Shown here piece by piece: positions 39,518-52,463 of a DNA stretch of 64,000 nucleotides. Source of the DNA: Vermamoeba vermiformis (taxonomy: Eukaryota); NCBI GenBank assembly GCA_045837725.1, contig JBEWZL010000083.1, positions 62,001 to 126,000 of the forward strand, written 5' to 3'. Every line of letters begins with the position of its first letter. The stretch's first letter is position 1. The translations under genes and the position numbers were made by a program. The notes under the pieces are model-generated. The model searched no databases and had not been told where the DNA came from. It worked only from the letters and a program-made list of their open reading frames with translations.

Positions 39518-39855
39518 CGCCTCTAGTGTTGATTACCTTTGTATCAATTTAGCAATTGACACGAACAAAATACTTTAAGTCCCGTTTGAAGTCTTCCCTG
39601 AAAAAGTCAATCTTAATTATCCGAATACTGACTTGAGGCAAAGTAGTTTGAATTGATTAACCATTGACTTGCTATATACGATACGTTTGGGCGCTATTGG
39701 AATCAATAGACTCACCTTGCATGCTTTGTGTTTGAGATCAAATATTAATCGCACAAGTGTGAGTCTTCAACCGCCGGAAAAAAATCGGCTACCAGATTAT
39801 TTTAACATTCGCTAGTAAAAGTACAACAAGAGCTGTATAATTAGACAAACCGAAA

Positions 39856-40156
39856 ATGAGTAAGCTTCAGCCAACCGTTAATTATGCTCATCTGCTTTTA
39901 ATGTTATCGTCCTAACCGATTTTAACGATTATTTGTAGTGCTTAGAAGAGTTAGCGGTAAAAATGGACACGACATGTGGGTTCCGTACGGTTATGAAGAC
40001 GGTAAAATCCCACCTGAAGTGAAAGAGGCAGCCGAAAAGCAAGCAGAAGACATTGAGAAGAAATTTGATGCACTAAATGCTGCTTTTAATACAAATGATA
40101 CTCCAGCTGAGGGACCTAGCCAGTCTCAGCCACAAGAGACTGCAACAACGGAATGA
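39856..40156 (+). CDS. Micro-protein (about 73 aa), possible divergent member of the SGK-motif family
   Basis: atg a|gtaagc ... tag|tg gives MMLRRVSGKNGHDMWVPY...ETATTE; same split-Met intron and S-G-K spacing as the genes at 50855-55237. Confidence 0.65.
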
Positions 40157-40499
40157 TCGCAACCTCTCTTAGGGATCGCGAGCTAGCTTTATTTAGCTCG
40201 CCATGCAAATATATTGTATCTATAAATTATTTACATATTTATGCAATCCTAGTTGTCTTATTCGCCACTTGCTACACTAACCAAAGTTCGGTGCTGGTCT
40301 TTTGTTTCTCCTCGACAATTTCGGTATAACACTAGTCTATTCTTGTAAGTACCTTACACTGCCAGCCACTGCTAGCATATTATAATTATCAGTTCCCTCG
40401 CTTCATTTGATTTCGTGGCCTGGTTGAAATTTACGCTTTCGCGGCTCTTTGTTAATTAGGCTAGCTTTGTCCGTTACTACACACATCTAATTATAAAAC

Positions 40500-41603
40500 A
40501 TGGACAAAGAAGATATTACACTCCCGAAAGGTACGCATTGAGCGAGTTTGATCTTCGAAGTCCGTTGATCTAAGAATTATTCTTCTAATAGCCACAATTG
40601 CGAAAATTGTGAAAGAAGTGTTACCAGATGATATTAAGTGTTCGTCAGACGCCAGAGATATTATTTTAAACTGTTGTATAGGTAAGCTTCATTTTTGGAT
40701 CGTTTCGTATTTTTTTAAAAATTATGCAGCAACGAGAAAATTAATCCGAGCATTGGAATATCATTAATATACTATAAAATAACGACTAACATTTTTTTCA
40801 GAATTTATTCATTTATTATCAAGCGAAGCAAACGAATATTGTGAAAAAGAGAACAAAAAAACTATTTCAGCAGAACACATCGTCAAATCACTACAAGTAA
40901 TACAAATATAATATATGAATATTATTTGCAATCGATAATAATACATAACACTTTAGTCTCTCGGATTCGAGACGTACATAAAAGATGTAAAGCAAGCGCA
41001 GGACAAACTGAAGATTGATTTAGCGGTACGTATTAACCATTTATACGGTACATCATATGCACATTACTAGAGCTAATTATAAACCTGTCGTTTGTCAGTT
41101 AATTAATGAATTAGATCAAACCTTCGTTCCCAAAATCTACGTGATTCCTTGCTTACTTTAATCGTTCATTTTATTAGGAAAAACCTAAAATGCAAAAGAA
41201 ATTGGAGAAGTCGGGTTTATCCGAAGAAGAATTGTTAAAGATGCAGCAGGAACTATTTGCAAAGTCCAGATCCGCTGTTACAAAGGCTAACCAAGAAGCC
41301 AATAACAACACCACTAGCGTAAGTATGCCCGTGATACGGAGTATAGTAGATATTGAATCGGTGCAAGACATATCATGAACCTTAGATTCCAGTGATTTAA
41401 TTTTATCACAAAACTGAACAGCCTATTTGTAGGATCCGACAGTGAAACCAGAGAGCAATACAAACACTACTAACACGAACAATAACAACGGGGCCGCGAG
41501 TGTGAAAGAAGAATCAAAGCCGAACACTGACAGCGCAAACACGAAACCAGAAACTGCAGCAACTACAAATCAAACGACAGCGCCTCAAGAGACCAAGTCT
41601 TAA
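40500..41603 (+). CDS. DR1: Negative cofactor 2 beta subunit (Dr1/NCB2)
   Basis: Histone fold LPKATIAKIVKEVLP, CCIEFIHLLSSEANEYCEKENKKTISAEH, then SGLSEEELLKMQQELFAKSR. Confidence 0.95.
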
Positions 41604-42157
41604 TAATAAAGGACCCGTATTGTGAGTCATCGCGACGCAAATTTAAGGATGCAATTGCCGAGTTGCACCATATATGGAAAGCGACACGGCGAATTATTGA
41701 TGAGATTCAGCATGTGATTGTAAATTGGAAGTATCATCCACAGAAACCCCAAAATAGAACAACAAAATTGCAACGCAAGTTATTATGCGTGTACTCATAC
41801 GAGACCCAAACGGGACCCTCTGCGAAATCTCGGTACTTAGATTGGATCTGGTCGTTGGGATATTTTTGTCTTTGAGTGTTAGTTGCTGTGTAACGCCCCG
41901 AATGCCGTAGAATCATTACTTGAATGAGTTTTCGTGGGAATCATGAACTGTGAATTTTCCTTTCGGCACGTGATTCTGGCCAATCATTGATGGCGACGTT
42001 TTCTTTGTTCGACCAAATTGCCGCCGAAAAATATTATTATTAGGCAATACGAGTTACCGTTGAAACAGGCGGGAAATAGAACATAAAATCTCGCGTCGGT
42101 TTTTGTCATTTCTTTAACCCAGCCCGCGCGTGTAAACACATCTCGTATCTGTACAGA

Positions 42158-43413
42158 ATGGCAGCTCAAGTAACTAGTAGCCCTCAGCCCTTGGCTAAAT
42201 ACCAAAAATTGGAAAAAATTGGTGAAGGCACCTATGGTGAGGTGTACAAGGCCAAGGAGAAATCTTCAGGCAAGCTGGTCGCCTTGAAGAAGATCAGATT
42301 GGAGCATGAGGACGAAGGAGTACCCTCCACTGCCATTCGCGAGATTGCCCTCTTGAAGGAGCTCAACCACCCCAATGTTGTTGTGTAAGTAATTATTTAC
42401 AAAACCAAAAATTATTTTAGATTTGTTTCCCAATTACAATTATATGAATAATTGACTAATGTACCTTAATTTTAGGTTACGTGAAGTAGTATATGACAAG
42501 CAAAAGCTCTACTTGGTTTTTGAGTTCCTTGATCAAGATTTGAAACGTTACATGGACATGGTTCCTACTGTTGAGCCTCTCTTGGTCAAGGTAACCCGAT
42601 CATTTAATAGTATTATACGTGCCGGTGCTAATACTCCCCCTGCAGAGTTATATGTGGCAGTTAATCAACGGTCTTGCTTTCTGCCATTCTCACCGTGTAT
42701 TGCACCGCGATCTTAAGCCACAGAACCTTTTAATTGACCGCAAAGGCAACCTCAAATTGGCCGATTTTGGTTTGGCACGAGCCTTCTGTCTCCCTGTTCG
42801 CACGTACACCCACGAGGTAAGATTCAGATTGGAAAAAATTCAATTAAATTCGTTATCTCGCTCCCATTCATGAATCTAACCCGCTCCTGAAGGTCATTAC
42901 CCTCTGGTACAGAGCTCCTGAGATTTTGCTCGGCTGCAAGGCCTACAGCACCCCTGTGGATATGTGGTCAGTCGGATGCATTTTCGCTGAACTCGTATCC
43001 AAGCGACCATTGTTTGCTGGTGACTCAGAGATCGATCAACTGTTCAGAATTTTCAGGTACTTTATTTATATGATTTTTTTGGGTTATTATAACAGCGTAT
43101 TAACGCGGAACTCGATCAGAACTTTGGGAACCCCGACTGAAGACAGCTGGCCCGGCGTTACCAAGCTCCCTGAGTTCAAGCCTAACTTCCCTTGCTGGAA
43201 GGCTCAACCTTGGGAGAAGGTCTTGCCTGAAGCCGACCCTCTTGCCGTCGATTTGTTAGCTGTAAGTATTTTAGATTAGATTCAGATCGTGTGCACGTTC
43301 TCACCAGTTCCCTTTAGAAAATGCTTGTTTACCAACCTGTTAAGCGCATTTCTGCCAAGCAAGCTTTGCAACATCCTTACTTTGATGAATTGAAGCAAAA
43401 GGGCTTCATTTAA
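42158..43413 (+). CDS. CDK1: Cyclin-dependent kinase 1/2 (PSTAIRE)
   Basis: [55 protein letters not shown]. Confidence 0.96.
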
Positions 43414-43927
43414 GGTAAATCCAAAATGATCTATTTAAGTGTAGATCTGCGTGTTTATTGTATTTTACCCTTGTCATATAAATCTCTAATGTATATAAAA
43501 ATGACCACGGGTGCCTTGGAGTCAAAATTAATTAATTTGTTTCCCGCCTTGTAAATCCAAACCGTAGATATTTTTGATTTCTGTCTTTAAAATTTAAAAA
43601 ATGGCAACGGCTATATTTCCGATTTTTGGCGCGAAATGGTAAGTCTCGTTCACTGAAACTCTGGGGCGAGAGAAACGCGACACAAATCGTTTAAAACTTA
43701 AACAAGTATTACGTGGAAGATGTATGGTTGAGCAAGCAAGGGAGAGGCAGCAGTGGGCCTACAGCAAGATCCGACCGAATCTTGTGGTCGATCGACGTCG
43801 TATTAGTCAAATCGAAGTACCGTACCATGTATTTACTTGTTAATAATACTTTGAGCACTTGTTTCTCAACTTGCGTTTGTTCTGTTCCCAACCTCATTAT
43901 TTTTTTCGCACAACAAACATCCACAAC

Positions 43928-46256
43928 ATGTCTATGATTCAGACCCCGCCTAATGGCGTCGTACAGTTGGTTAACTTCACTAACGACGACCAAGTGACTA
44001 TTAAGAACAACGGCCTCGAGGTAAGAAGAGTGATGGCTTTTTCCACGTCACTGCATCCTTTTTTTTCTGGGCAAATTGCAGAATATTAAATGGAATAATT
44101 CAATTAATTATGTTTAGTTGGGTCACAATGGATACAACTACGGAACTGTCAAATCCAACGTCAAAGTTTATTCTGGACGGTGGTATTATGAAGTCAAAAT
44201 TAAGCAAGGTAGCTCTGGCAGAATTGGTTGGTGCACAGATAAATTTAACGTCGAATCGGTATGTTATTAATTATATTCTCAATTTTACACCAGGCTTTGA
44301 TTCTAAATTTCTTAATTTTTCTCAATCTCCCCACAAAATTTGTTTTGGCTCGTTAAAGGTCTATAAATCCAAAAAAATCGATACTAAAATATTCGTTTTT
44401 TTTTGTGGGTTGTAATTAGGCAAACTGACGCTATTTTCAATTCTCAATTCTTACCGATCTTTCGCTCAGAAATACGTTACTCTTGGTAACGACGAAGAGT
44501 CCTACGCCTTCGATGGCTCGCGCAAGGTCCGCTGCTACAACGAGAAGGACGGCAAGTCGGACTCGTACGGTGACTACTGGGCCGTTGGCGATGTCATTGG
44601 CTGCTTGTTGGACGCTGACGCCAAAAAGATTTCGTTTTACAGAAACGGCAAGGACTTGTAAGTACAATTAATACGCTACATTGGTCGTATTTTATTGAGG
44701 CTCATAACGCGCAGCGTAAATGCATTTATTAGCATTTTCTAAAAATACCAGCTCGGACAATTAATTTAAATATTATTAGCGCTCGACCCGCGGGCAAATT
44801 TTTGCTTCAAATTAAACATATTTTGCGCCAGTAACTTAACATAATTAATGTTAGGGGTGTTGCCTTCAATGCCGTTAAAGTCGACCAAGGTCTTGTTCCT
44901 GCAGCTGGTGTGTACAGAGGCACCGTGTTCGAGTTCAATTTCACGCGCAAATGGACGCACCCCATCAAGTTTGCTGCGCCCTTGCAGTTCAATTTGTCAG
45001 CTAATGAAATCAAGAGCTTGACTGCCGTGTTCGATAAATACTTCGGTACGTGTTCTATTGTAATGGAGTATAGTAGAAATATTAATATGAACTATACTCT
45101 ATTGAATTTTTTTATTGGAAGTTGCGTACTGACAACGAATTTAAACAGCTGTCGGAGTGAAGATGTCCGAGTCTGGTAACACCGGAGAAGTGATCAAAGG
45201 CATGGGTTTGTTGGAGCTTGGTCAAGATCTCGGCAGCCAGGTAATGATATGAGCGATGATACTATTTAAATCTGCTTACTGCCTTTGAGTATTGCTCTTG
45301 AAGTAGCAGATCTGCAACGATCTTAATTATTCGATAATTTACCGCTTCTTATGCGACGCAAAATATCACCATAATGATATCTGAACTATGATATTAATAA
45401 TTGTATTTAGGGCGATTACGATCCTTTGTTGCTGATCCTCGCTTGGAAATTGCACTGCGGTACCGTTTGGGAGATCCAAAAGGAAGAGTGGCTCAACGGC
45501 TTCCAAATCCACGGGTAGGAGCAACAATTCGCGTAATATATCATAGATACTAATTTTAAATCGGTATTTGAAGTGTTTCAACCTTCGATCAGATCAAGGC
45601 TAAAATTTCAGAATGGCGCGCTGAAATGAAGGACGAAACTCAATTCAAGAGTCTCTATAACTTTATTTACGAATATTTGAAGCCCGAAAAGGCCACTGCT
45701 TTGGGTAAGAACTCGTTTTGAGCAATTTGTACTGGCTGAATGCTCGATCTACATTAGCGGAGTATTTATTAACAATTATTTAATCGTAGATAAGGAAGAA
45801 GCCTTGTTGGCTTGGAAGATGGTGGACATGAACCAACGATGGAAGCTTTGGGACAAATGGGAGGCTTATTTGACTGTAAGTACATCCGGTGCAACGAACT
45901 CCACTTAATTTTTCGAGTTATCGTGTTACGACTCGTTTAATGCGTAATTTATTATTAAAATATGATATTGGATGTTAATAGTATTGTTTTATTATTACAG
46001 CAAGCCACAGACAAGAAGTCCATCACCCGCGATACTTGGCAAATGTTGCTGAGCTTTATTGAACAGATTGGCACTGACGTGTCTACTTATGATCCTATGG
46101 GTAAGCAATATACCTTAATATGTATAATAACTACAGCACATTATTCGGACGAAAATTGAAAGTACATCCGCGAGCTTGATCTAATTTTTTGGTATTATCG
46201 CAGACTGCTGGCCTAGCGCAATTGACGACTTTGTCGAGTGGGTCAAAGAGAACTAA
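43928..46256 (+). CDS. SPRY domain fused to a DCN1-like cullin-binding (PONY) domain
   Basis: SPRY: GRWYYEVK..RIGW, LGNDEESYAFDG, WAVGDVIGCLLD..ISFYRNGKDLGVAF. DCN1: DPLLLILAWKL, FKSLYNFIY, ITRDTWQMLLSF, YDPMDCWPSAIDDFVEW. All exons join in frame. Confidence 0.88.
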
Positions 46257-46727
46257 TATAATATGGCTCGTATTAAGAAGAGTCGTCTTTAATTAGATAA
46301 GTTTGAGATATCTTTTTGCAATACTAAATAAACAAAAAAAAGCACTTAATCAAAGTAATCTTATATATTAATACAAGCAGCAAACGCGTAGGTGGATCTG
46401 TTTAAGTCACTGCAGAGATTGACAACCAAATGCAGATCCCACGACTAACCATGATGATACTTTATACCTAAGAACATTGACCTCTGAACAAGTGTAAGCT
46501 AAAGAAAAGCAATTTGCAATTCGATACATTTATTGTGGTATAGCCCTACAATAATGTCACTTTAGTGGCTATAGCAGATCCAGTAACGTTCATTTTTCAG
46601 TACACGGTCAATATATTTCAAGCAGTAGGGAGCGAGACGTACTACATCCTTTTCATCCAGTTCAAATGCAAGGGCGCTATTTAAGGATACTAAGTGCTAC
46701 GATGGGTTTGAAATAGCATCTGTCTGT

Positions 46728-47948
46728 TTATGGCTGTTGTGTCAACAACTTGGCGTCAATTAAACTTTGAACAGTATCGTGTACTGTCTTATCAAACGGT
46801 ATAAAGTCCATGTTAAAGTGAGTCTTAGCCTTCGAGGCATCGATGCCATTCAATACGGGCTTTGTTGGCTTTTCTTCAAAGTCGGCTACATCCAGCTGCG
46901 GGAATTGTTTCTTGATTGATTTGGCGATTTCAAGCATGGAAATTTGATCGGGTAGTGCTACTATGTATCGTTGATTTGCTGCTTTTGGATTACCGAGCGC
47001 TGCGATGTGAGCGGCAGAAACGTCGCGTACATCCGAAACTCCCGCGGTCACAGGAGGCAAGCCTTTTTCTTTAAATTTACCACTAGCGATGTTAAGTACA
47101 TATGATACGAGGGAGAGTGACGAAGGGAAGGTCAGAGGGCCTAGTACCATTGCTGGATGAATGGTTACAAGTTCCACTTCCGGATTCTCCTTTACAAAAT
47201 CCCAGGCAGCTACGAAATATTAGTATAACGATTGGATTATCAATAAATGGTAGTGAAGTCGGTATATTTAGCACTCACTCTTCTCTTGAAGCACTTTGCT
47301 GCGAGAATACAACGAGCCAGGGTTATCGTTCCAATCTTTTTCAGTCCAGACGTGCTTAGGATCTTTCTCGCGTTGAGTACCGCACATTGAGGCCATTGTA
47401 GAGGTAATTACCACTCGCTGGTATTGATTAGACAATTTGATAGATTTTAAAATTTCGGATGTACCTTTGCTCCAAGTTTCTTTGCGGTGCGAAGCACATT
47501 AAGAGTGTTGTCGACCGCAGGTGTAAGCACATCACTTTCAGACTTGCCTTCAATAGCAACAGGTGAGGCTACGTGAATGACGTATTGACAGCCTGAAAAT
47601 GCGGGAGTAAGATCTCCCTTGAATAAAAATATTTAGTCATCAAAAATTATTAAATTATTTTTAAATCATATTCATACCTTTCCTAAATCGGACACCTCGA
47701 ATATCGAGACAGAGTCGCCAAGAAATTTCTTCAGATCAGAATTATGTTTGTCATTTCTGACGATTGCGTGGACTGCAAAGTTTTTCGCCACCAAATCAGC
47801 ACATATTCTAGAGCCGATATATCCGCTCACACCTAATTTAAAAATATAAATCGATTTGAAAACCAGATCTGATGATTACAGATCTAACGGGATATTTATT
47901 CCCTTACCAGTCAAAGCTACTGCCCATTTTGCTGCTGTTGTATATCAT
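46728..47948 (-). CDS. NAD(P)-dependent epimerase/reductase (extended SDR, dihydroflavonol reductase/Gre2-like)
   Basis: VALTGVSGYIG, YVIHVASPV, RVVITST, catalytic YSRSK, TIHPAMVLGP, DVRDVSAAH. The start codon is uncertain and needs a 1-nt correction in an A-run near 47927. Confidence 0.88.
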
Positions 47949-48332
47949 CGAGAGAAGGAAAAAGATTGCGGGTGGTGAACTTCCTCCGGCATTCGATACA
48001 CTTCCATTTCTTCCTCCGCCGCTGATTGGTCAATCCGTCGAAAATTCGGCTGTTTATGGAAGTTATTGCCACCTGCCGTCTCGAGAGTGGCGAAGGCAGT
48101 CCGCTAACCGAGTTCGAATTTACGTTTCCTAAACTTCGACCCTAATCTGACTCTCTTGCTAGTAACTTACCCTTCAAAAGATGAAAAAGGGCCAAGTCAG
48201 CTTAAGCGTAGTTATGTCATTGCATTCAGCAACAAAAACAAAGGAAAGGAGGGTTCTTAAGAAAAATCTCTCTTCGGCTGTTTTCATTTTGTTTGTTAAT
48301 TCATACCGTGACGTGTACCATAACCATACACC

Positions 48333-50785
48333 ATGGAAGAAAGACAACCATTTTTCTCATCTGAATCGCGAGAGCAGCGCAAGCTTTCGAACTCTGTAAG
48401 TTGATTCGGTTCAGATCTCGAATCTTGATCTGGTTGTCTATGAGAATAATATTCGATTACTAATGAATTTATTATATCCAGTGGTACTACTTGCCTAGTG
48501 TCTTCAAAGGCTTGTTTTTTGTTTGGTTTTTGGGCACGATCGCAGCCGTCATTGCCTTAATCATCGTGTCAATCCATTTAAATACCGTTCAAAATGAACT
48601 TATGAGCAATAATAATGTTATTCAAGGTAAATACGAATATTTTAATAATAATGGGCATTATGGAAATTAATTCAGAAAAATCTTCTGAAATATCCAAAAA
48701 TAGCGCAATATAATTGAAACAATAAGATCGAATTGCTTAATAGAATAGATACAATAATGAATATATACTCTATATGAAGTATTTCGGAAAAGTAATTCAA
48801 AAAAGTTGGATCTAACACAACAGAATATTTTAGGAAGCTGCCCTCATAGTCTCCAAGACATATTATCGAGCACGCGAGGTTTATTCCGTGAAAATCGACA
48901 ACATTTGCTGCAATATTTCACCAATCAAAACATTCGCAGCGGTGTAATTTACATGGCTGGTAAATTGACTGAATATCGCAACACCGACGTCGAATATTTG
49001 TTTAGACAAGAGTCGCATTATCAGTAAGCATCGTATTATAACGTTAATCGCTTAATCAAGTTTATTCGATCCGATCCCAGAATTTTCTTTTCTTCGTAAT
49101 AATACCATTTTAACTTCTATATTTAGATACGTGACTGGCGTTAGTTTCCCCGGCACAGCAGTCGTTATTGACTTGGTTTCCAAGAATTGCACGCTGTTTG
49201 TACCGAGACCTACCGCAACGTACGGTGTCTGGAACGGTCTGATCCAAACTCTTGATCAACAACGCGAACAATACGACGTTGATGACGTGTAAGTGTAGTT
49301 AAGTAGTATACAGATTATGATATTATCTAGTTAGTGAGATAATAATCGTATAATTCAAACAAAATTGCAACGTTATGATCATTACTTTGCATGAATTTCT
49401 TACACTTCCTAATTAGGCAATACATCGACAACATCACCGATTATCTCGCACCTCACCGCGCATTGAATGAGACAATGTACGTGTTGAGCGACAGCGTGGC
49501 CTTGCCTGGCAACAACTCGTTGGAGTTCACAGTGGACACGACCACTTTGTTGAGGTACAATAGAATAACTGCAATGCTTTGGTTCAGTGAAACAGCATTA
49601 ACCTGATTGGTCGAATTAGCATCTCTGATTCCTGCTCGCCAAGCCAAGACACCTAAAGAAATCATGTTGATGCAGTACGTGGCCACTGTCAGCAGGTACG
49701 CAACAACGACTTTTCCTAATTTGGTAATGACGCTAATTGACCACCAATAGCGAGGCACACAAGACATTGATGTTGGATGTCAGACCTACCATGTGGGAGT
49801 ACGAGCTCGAGTCTCTGTTCTTGTACAACATTTCATTCTGCGGGTAAGCTTTGCAAAGATTTTTCTCGCATTACCAAATTTAGTAATGACCTTTGTACGC
49901 AGCCTTCGTCAACCAGCCTACTTGTCCATTGTAGGCAGTGGCGTTAACTCCGCAATTTTGCATTACTCAGCCAACACGCGTCATGTCAAAGACGGAGATC
50001 TGGTGCTCGTGGATGCAGGTGGCGAGTACGAGGGTTACGGCACTGACATCACGCGCACATTCCCCGCTAACGGCAAGTTCACGGACCAACAGCGCGAGAT
50101 TTATCAAATCGTGTTGGACGCGCAAAAGGCTGCCATTGAAGCCATCAAGCCCGGCATGCCATTCACCAACTTGACATCTATCGCACTGCACACCTTGGCC
50201 CAGGGCTTGTTGAAGGTAAGTTATTCCGCGCATACGCTCAGTGTCACGTGCTCTAACTGACCAATCACGTGCAGGCTGGTTTTGTGCACGGCGACGTTGA
50301 AGAATTGATTGCCAATGGTGTGATGCGCGTGTTCATGCCGCACGGTCTCGGACACTTTGTCGGAGTCGATGTGCACGACCCTGGATTCAGTCAGGTATAT
50401 TACTCGTCTATAGTATTGTAGTTCATAGACTTATATATTGGTGCTAGAACCTTGGCGAGAACAACGTGATCACGATTGAGCCGGGCATTTACTTCAATCC
50501 CTTCACGATCTACGCCTCGCTCAATGACACCAAGCTCAGCGCGTATTTGAACGGCCCGAAGATGTTGGACTACGTGTACGTATCGTGAAGTCTTTGCGGT
50601 TATTTATGAAGTGGGCTGACCTTTTCCTTTTTAGGAACTTTGGAGGAGTCCGCATTGAAGACACATTGGTCATCAATTCTAATGGCGCAAAGTCCTTGAG
50701 CAACGTGCCTAAAGAAGTGGATGAGATCGAAGAGTGGATGAAGACTCGCGCTCGTAGCGCTGAGTCAGTTTTTAGAGCTCTTTAA
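48333..50785 (+). CDS. Xaa-Pro dipeptidase/aminopeptidase P (M24B) with N-terminal signal anchor
   Basis: [75 protein letters not shown]; hydrophobic [22 protein letters not shown] in exon 2. Confidence 0.92.
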
Positions 50786-50854
50786 TTAATTAATAAACTG
50801 TTAAAATTATAATGATGCGCGTGTAACGACAATTTTTCTACCAAAATCGGTTCT

Positions 50855-51158
50855 TTAATTAGCTAAATGTTGATTCTCATTAGAGTCAGCAGTACAATTA
50901 TTATTTGTATTATCGGGAGTCAGGGGCTGCTTTTCTGAGTGCTTTGGTGAGGGAACAGTTGGATCTGAGGCTGGATTTGTCTTGATCATTAATTGTGCTG
51001 GGCTGTATCGCTGGAGGTTCATATTGAGAAAATTGGGATTTGCCACTTCGTCTCATATACACTATAAAAGGCTTAGTTAAGACTTTAAATCGAGAATCTT
51101 TAATTAAGGGCTGGTCTTTGACGCCAAATCCTTTTGTCAAAAGCTTACTTGCAGACAT
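50855..51158 (-). CDS. SGK-motif micro-protein, copy A
   Basis: atg tct gca a|gtaagc..tag|tg gives MSAMYMRRSGKSQFSQYEPP; stops at 50910 as sequenced, but the paralogue-like tail (KTNPASDPTVPS..NNN) continues in another frame to 50855. Confidence 0.7.
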
Positions 51159-51429
51159 TTTTGCGCCGCTCAATTATTATCAAATACAAAGGTTGTTAAA
51201 TTGTGGTTGCTCCTTCTAGAGAGCTTAAGAATGAGAAATGAGAAATTATTAATTTTTTTTGTTGTTTATTTAAGGCCGCCAGCCTCGGTCCAGATAAGCA
51301 TGACTTCCTTAATCTGCATCAATACATGTTGTTAAGTTGCTTGTGAGCATTGCTGTCGATACACAACGGGCTTTATCTACATCATCGTTAAAAGTACTTC
51401 TTTGCCTGGTCGTCGAGGCGAGAACCGAA

Positions 51430-51682
51430 TTATTTCTCGTTGATTTTATTATTATTAGAATTTATCCCATTTTTTGGCATGGCTGTCTGCTCTTGCGAAG
51501 GAATTTTAGATCCTGATTCTGGATTGGACTTTTCTTGCGTTTCGTCATTTTTTGGTTTATTCTCTACTGGTGGATTGTAACTATTGAATTCATATTTACC
51601 ACTTGTGCTCTTGTACACTGCGACGATTATCAATCAATTACGAGGTAAACACAGCTTTTGGATGTGGCTACTTACTTTGCAT
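51430..51682 (-). CDS. SGK-motif micro-protein, copy B
   Basis: atg caa a|gtaagt..cag|tg gives MQMYKSTSGKYEFNSYNPPVENKPKNDETQ... Confidence 0.75.
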
Positions 51683-51920
51683 TTTGGATGTTTATCGACT
51701 AACGAAGATAATCTATGTTATTTGCTCTCTATTCTGGTGATGGAATTAAAAACTTTTGTGGGCGATGGAATTTTCTCTCTGAGAATCAGGACCAAAGGAT
51801 GACATGGGTTTATTACAAGCCGTCAGCCGCGCTCCATCTAAGCATGACTCTATTAACCTACATCAATGTGTATTACTTAACTAGTGTGAACGGATTGGCC
51901 GTCAAGACAACAGACGTTTT

Positions 51921-52227
51921 CTACATCACTTCAAAGTTCTTTGCCAGGTCGTCGAGGCGAGCACCGGAGTTATTCTCGTTGTTTTTATTATTATTATTAG
52001 AATTTATTCCATTTTTTGGCATGGCCGTCTGCTCTTGCGAAGGAATTTCAGATCCAAGGCCAGAATCCGGGTTGGACTTGAATTGCGTTTCGTCGTTTTT
52101 TGGTTCATACACCACTGGTGGCTTGTAACTATTGAATTGATATTTACCACTGGTGCTCATGTACACTGCAGCGATTATCAATTTTACTGATGTAAACATA
52201 GCATTGGAGGTGCTACTTACTGTGCAT
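51921..52227 (-). CDS. SGK-motif micro-protein, copy C
   Basis: atg cac a|gtaagt..cag|tg gives MHMYMSTSGKYQFNSYKPPVVYEPKNDETQ...LAKNFEVM. Confidence 0.78.
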
Positions 52228-52402
52228 TTTGGACGTTTATTGACTAACGAAGATAATTTATGTTATTGGCTCTCTATTCTCGCGATGGAATTAAAAACTT
52301 TTGTGGTGTGGACATTTTCTCGCTGAGAATCAGGACCAAAGGATGACACGGGTTTGATTTTCCTCAATGAGCAGAGTAGCGTGTAATATTGAATAGGTTG
52401 AA

Positions 52403-52463
52403 CTCAACCAGGTCTCTCGCGGTGTATTATACCATAAAAGGACTGCGGGTGGACCTGGTTGAG
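52403..52463 (+). ncRNA. Intergenic hairpin, candidate small-RNA precursor
   Basis: ctcaaccaggtc pairs perfectly with gacctggttgag and is extended by tctcgcggt/actgcgggtg (G-U pairs, one bulge). Confidence 0.3.

Larger units (their letters stand above)
51273..52356. repeat. Direct tandem duplication of about 540 bp (approx. 51273-51815 and 51818-52356), each unit holding one micro-protein gene with flanks
   Basis: Alignable along its length, including an identical upstream block ctgagaatcaggaccaaaggatgaca. Confidence 0.9.

Noticed and set aside
43601-43860. Extra upstream gene or exon before SPRY-DCN1 (ATG at 43601, gtaagt donor)
   Set aside because: Splicing to the nearest acceptor hits a stop quickly; no recognisable product.
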